Below are positions 63,129 through 64,000 of a stretch of 64,000 nt of DNA, piece after piece. The notes beneath the pieces were generated by a model. It was not told the DNA's origin. It was given only the letters and a program-made list of their open reading frames with translations, and did no database searches. Numbering within the stretch: position 1 is the stretch's first letter; every line of letters starts with the position of its first letter. The stretch is from Clostridia bacterium (GTDB lineage: Bacteria; Bacillota; Clostridia; Oscillospirales; Acutalibacteraceae): the NCBI GenBank assembly GCA_017440005.1, contig JAFSIB010000071.1:2296-66295 (forward strand), given 5' to 3'. A program made the translations under genes and the position numbers.

Positions 63129-64000
63129 ATGAACAAACACTATCGTGCTTTGGAACTGGATAAGGTGCTGGACCTGCTGGCGGCACACGCAACGTGTGAC
63201 GATGCCGCCGAGGCGGCGCGCGCGTTGCAACCGTCGCCGCAACCGGGCGAGGTACAACGCTTGCTTAACGATACGGACGCCGCGTTTTGCTTGATGGCAA
63301 AATTCGGGGCGCCCCCGTTCGGTGACGTCAAAAACGTATCCAACGCCTTGCGCCGCGCGCAGGCAGGCGCGATGTTATCGTTGCAGGAATTACTGCGCAT
63401 TGCGGGTACGTTGCGCGGGATCCGCTCGGTTTCGGATTGGCACGCACACTGTGAGGGGATGGGGACGTGTCTGGATGACCGTTTTTCGGTGTTGTCCCCC
63501 AACAAATATCTGGAAGACCGCATCCGCACGGCAATCGTGTCGGAAGATGAGGTAAGCGATAACGCTTCGGTTGAACTGTCGCTCATCCGCCGCAAAATGC
63601 GGGCGGCATCGGCACGTGTGCGGGAGCAGCTTGATAAACTGATCCATTCGCAAACGGCACAAAAAGCGTTGCAGGAACCCATTGTGACCATTCGCGGCGG
63701 GCGGTTTGTGGTGCCGGTCAAAGCGGAACACCGCTCCTCAATTGCGGGTCTGGTGCACGATACGTCTTCCACCGGTGCCACGGTGTTTATTGAACCGATG
63801 GGCGCGGTGGAAGCCAACAACGAGTTAAAAGTATTGGAATCGCAGGAGGCGGCGGAGATCGAACGCATCATCCGTGACCTGTCTGCAGAAGCGGGTTCGT
63901 TTGCCGATTCCATCATTGGCGATTATGAAGTGTTGGTGGGTATTGATCTGATCTTTGCCAAAGCACGGCTGGGGTATCAGATGAAAGCCACCGTCCCCGC
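63129..64000 (+). CDS. mutS2: Endonuclease MutS2 (3' end lies outside the window)
   Basis: Open frame from ATG 63129 to the window end. Contains LELDKVLDLLAAHA and PIVTIRGGRFVVPVKAEHRSSIAGLVHDTSSTGATVFIEP, the characteristic MutS2 block. Confidence 0.9.
   Translation, partial: MNKHYRALELDKVLDLLAAHATCDDAAEAARALQPSPQPGEVQRLLNDTDAAFCLMAKFGAPPFGDVKNVSNALRRAQAGAMLSLQELLRIAGTLRGIRSVSDWHAHCEGMGTCLDDRFSVLSPNKYLEDRIRTAIVSEDEVSDNASVELSLIRRKMRAASARVREQLDKLIHSQTAQKALQEPIVTIRGGRFVVPVKAEHRSSIAGLVHDTSSTGATVFIEPMGAVEANNELKVLESQEAAEIERIIRDLSAEAGSFADSIIGDYEVLVGIDLIFAKARLGYQMKATVP

Noticed and set aside
63140-63916. 258-aa minus-strand ORF
   Set aside because: It is antisense to the N-terminal part of mutS2, whose plus-strand translation contains the conserved IRGGRFVVPVKAEHRSSIAGLVHDTSSTGATVFIEP block.
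1-64000. Scan for CRISPR arrays, tRNA/rRNA genes, IS elements, integrases, prophage or toxin-antitoxin modules
   Set aside because: I saw no repeat-spacer periodicity, tRNA-like cloverleaf regions, rRNA-like stretches, transposase or integrase motifs, or small paired ORFs of the toxin-antitoxin type. The window reads as conserved core chromosome.

Overview
This 64-kb window looks like the core chromosome of a GC-rich, spore-forming Firmicute of the class Clostridia. The taxonomic call is inferred from gene content: spoIID, cwlD, spoVD/spoVE-like genes, ylbJ, yqfC and yqfD. I saw no rRNA, tRNA, CRISPR array, transposase, integrase or phage genes. Coding density is high, and genes are often translationally coupled through overlaps such as ATGA and TAATG.

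Main blocks, in order:
1. 1-16.9 kb: housekeeping and envelope genes. These are an ABC ATPase fragment, spoIID, citrate synthase, gap, cwlD, radA, a MacA/FtsX-type efflux pair, an M16 peptidase pair, lgt, folD and an AEC transporter.
2. 17.0-32.0 kb: a complete division/cell-wall (dcw) cluster. Gene order is mraZ-rsmH-ftsL-PBP-PBP-murE-mraY-ftsW-murG-murA-ftsQ-ftsZ, preceded by a recognisable MraZ operator.
3. 32-38.5 kb: a ttcA-like gene, degV, an M20 amidohydrolase, galE, and a divergent nucleotidyltransferase plus NahK-like anomeric sugar kinase operon.
4. 38.6-40.7 kb: a lysine riboswitch controlling an NhaC-family transporter.
5. 40.7-43.8 kb: a five-gene putative sensory [FeFe]-hydrogenase-like signalling operon (DRTGG, GHKL Ser/Thr kinase, HydS-like Fe-S protein, DRTGG, PHP). 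This is the least understood system in the window.
6. 44-47 kb: serC-serA.
7. 47-55 kb, minus strand: NAD(P)HX dehydratase, uvrC, ptsH, and the ylxM-ffh-rpsP-KH-rimM-trmD block.
8. 55-64 kb: a frameshifted metallophosphoesterase, ylbJ, yqfC-yqfD-phoH-ybeY-dgkA-era-(yqzL-like)-recO, and the 5' part of mutS2.

Many long antisense ORFs in the supplied track are GC-driven artefacts. Several track ORFs also carry spurious N-terminal extensions, which I trimmed to the start codon that has a Shine-Dalgarno sequence. All protein family calls rest on motif recognition by eye. No database search was run.
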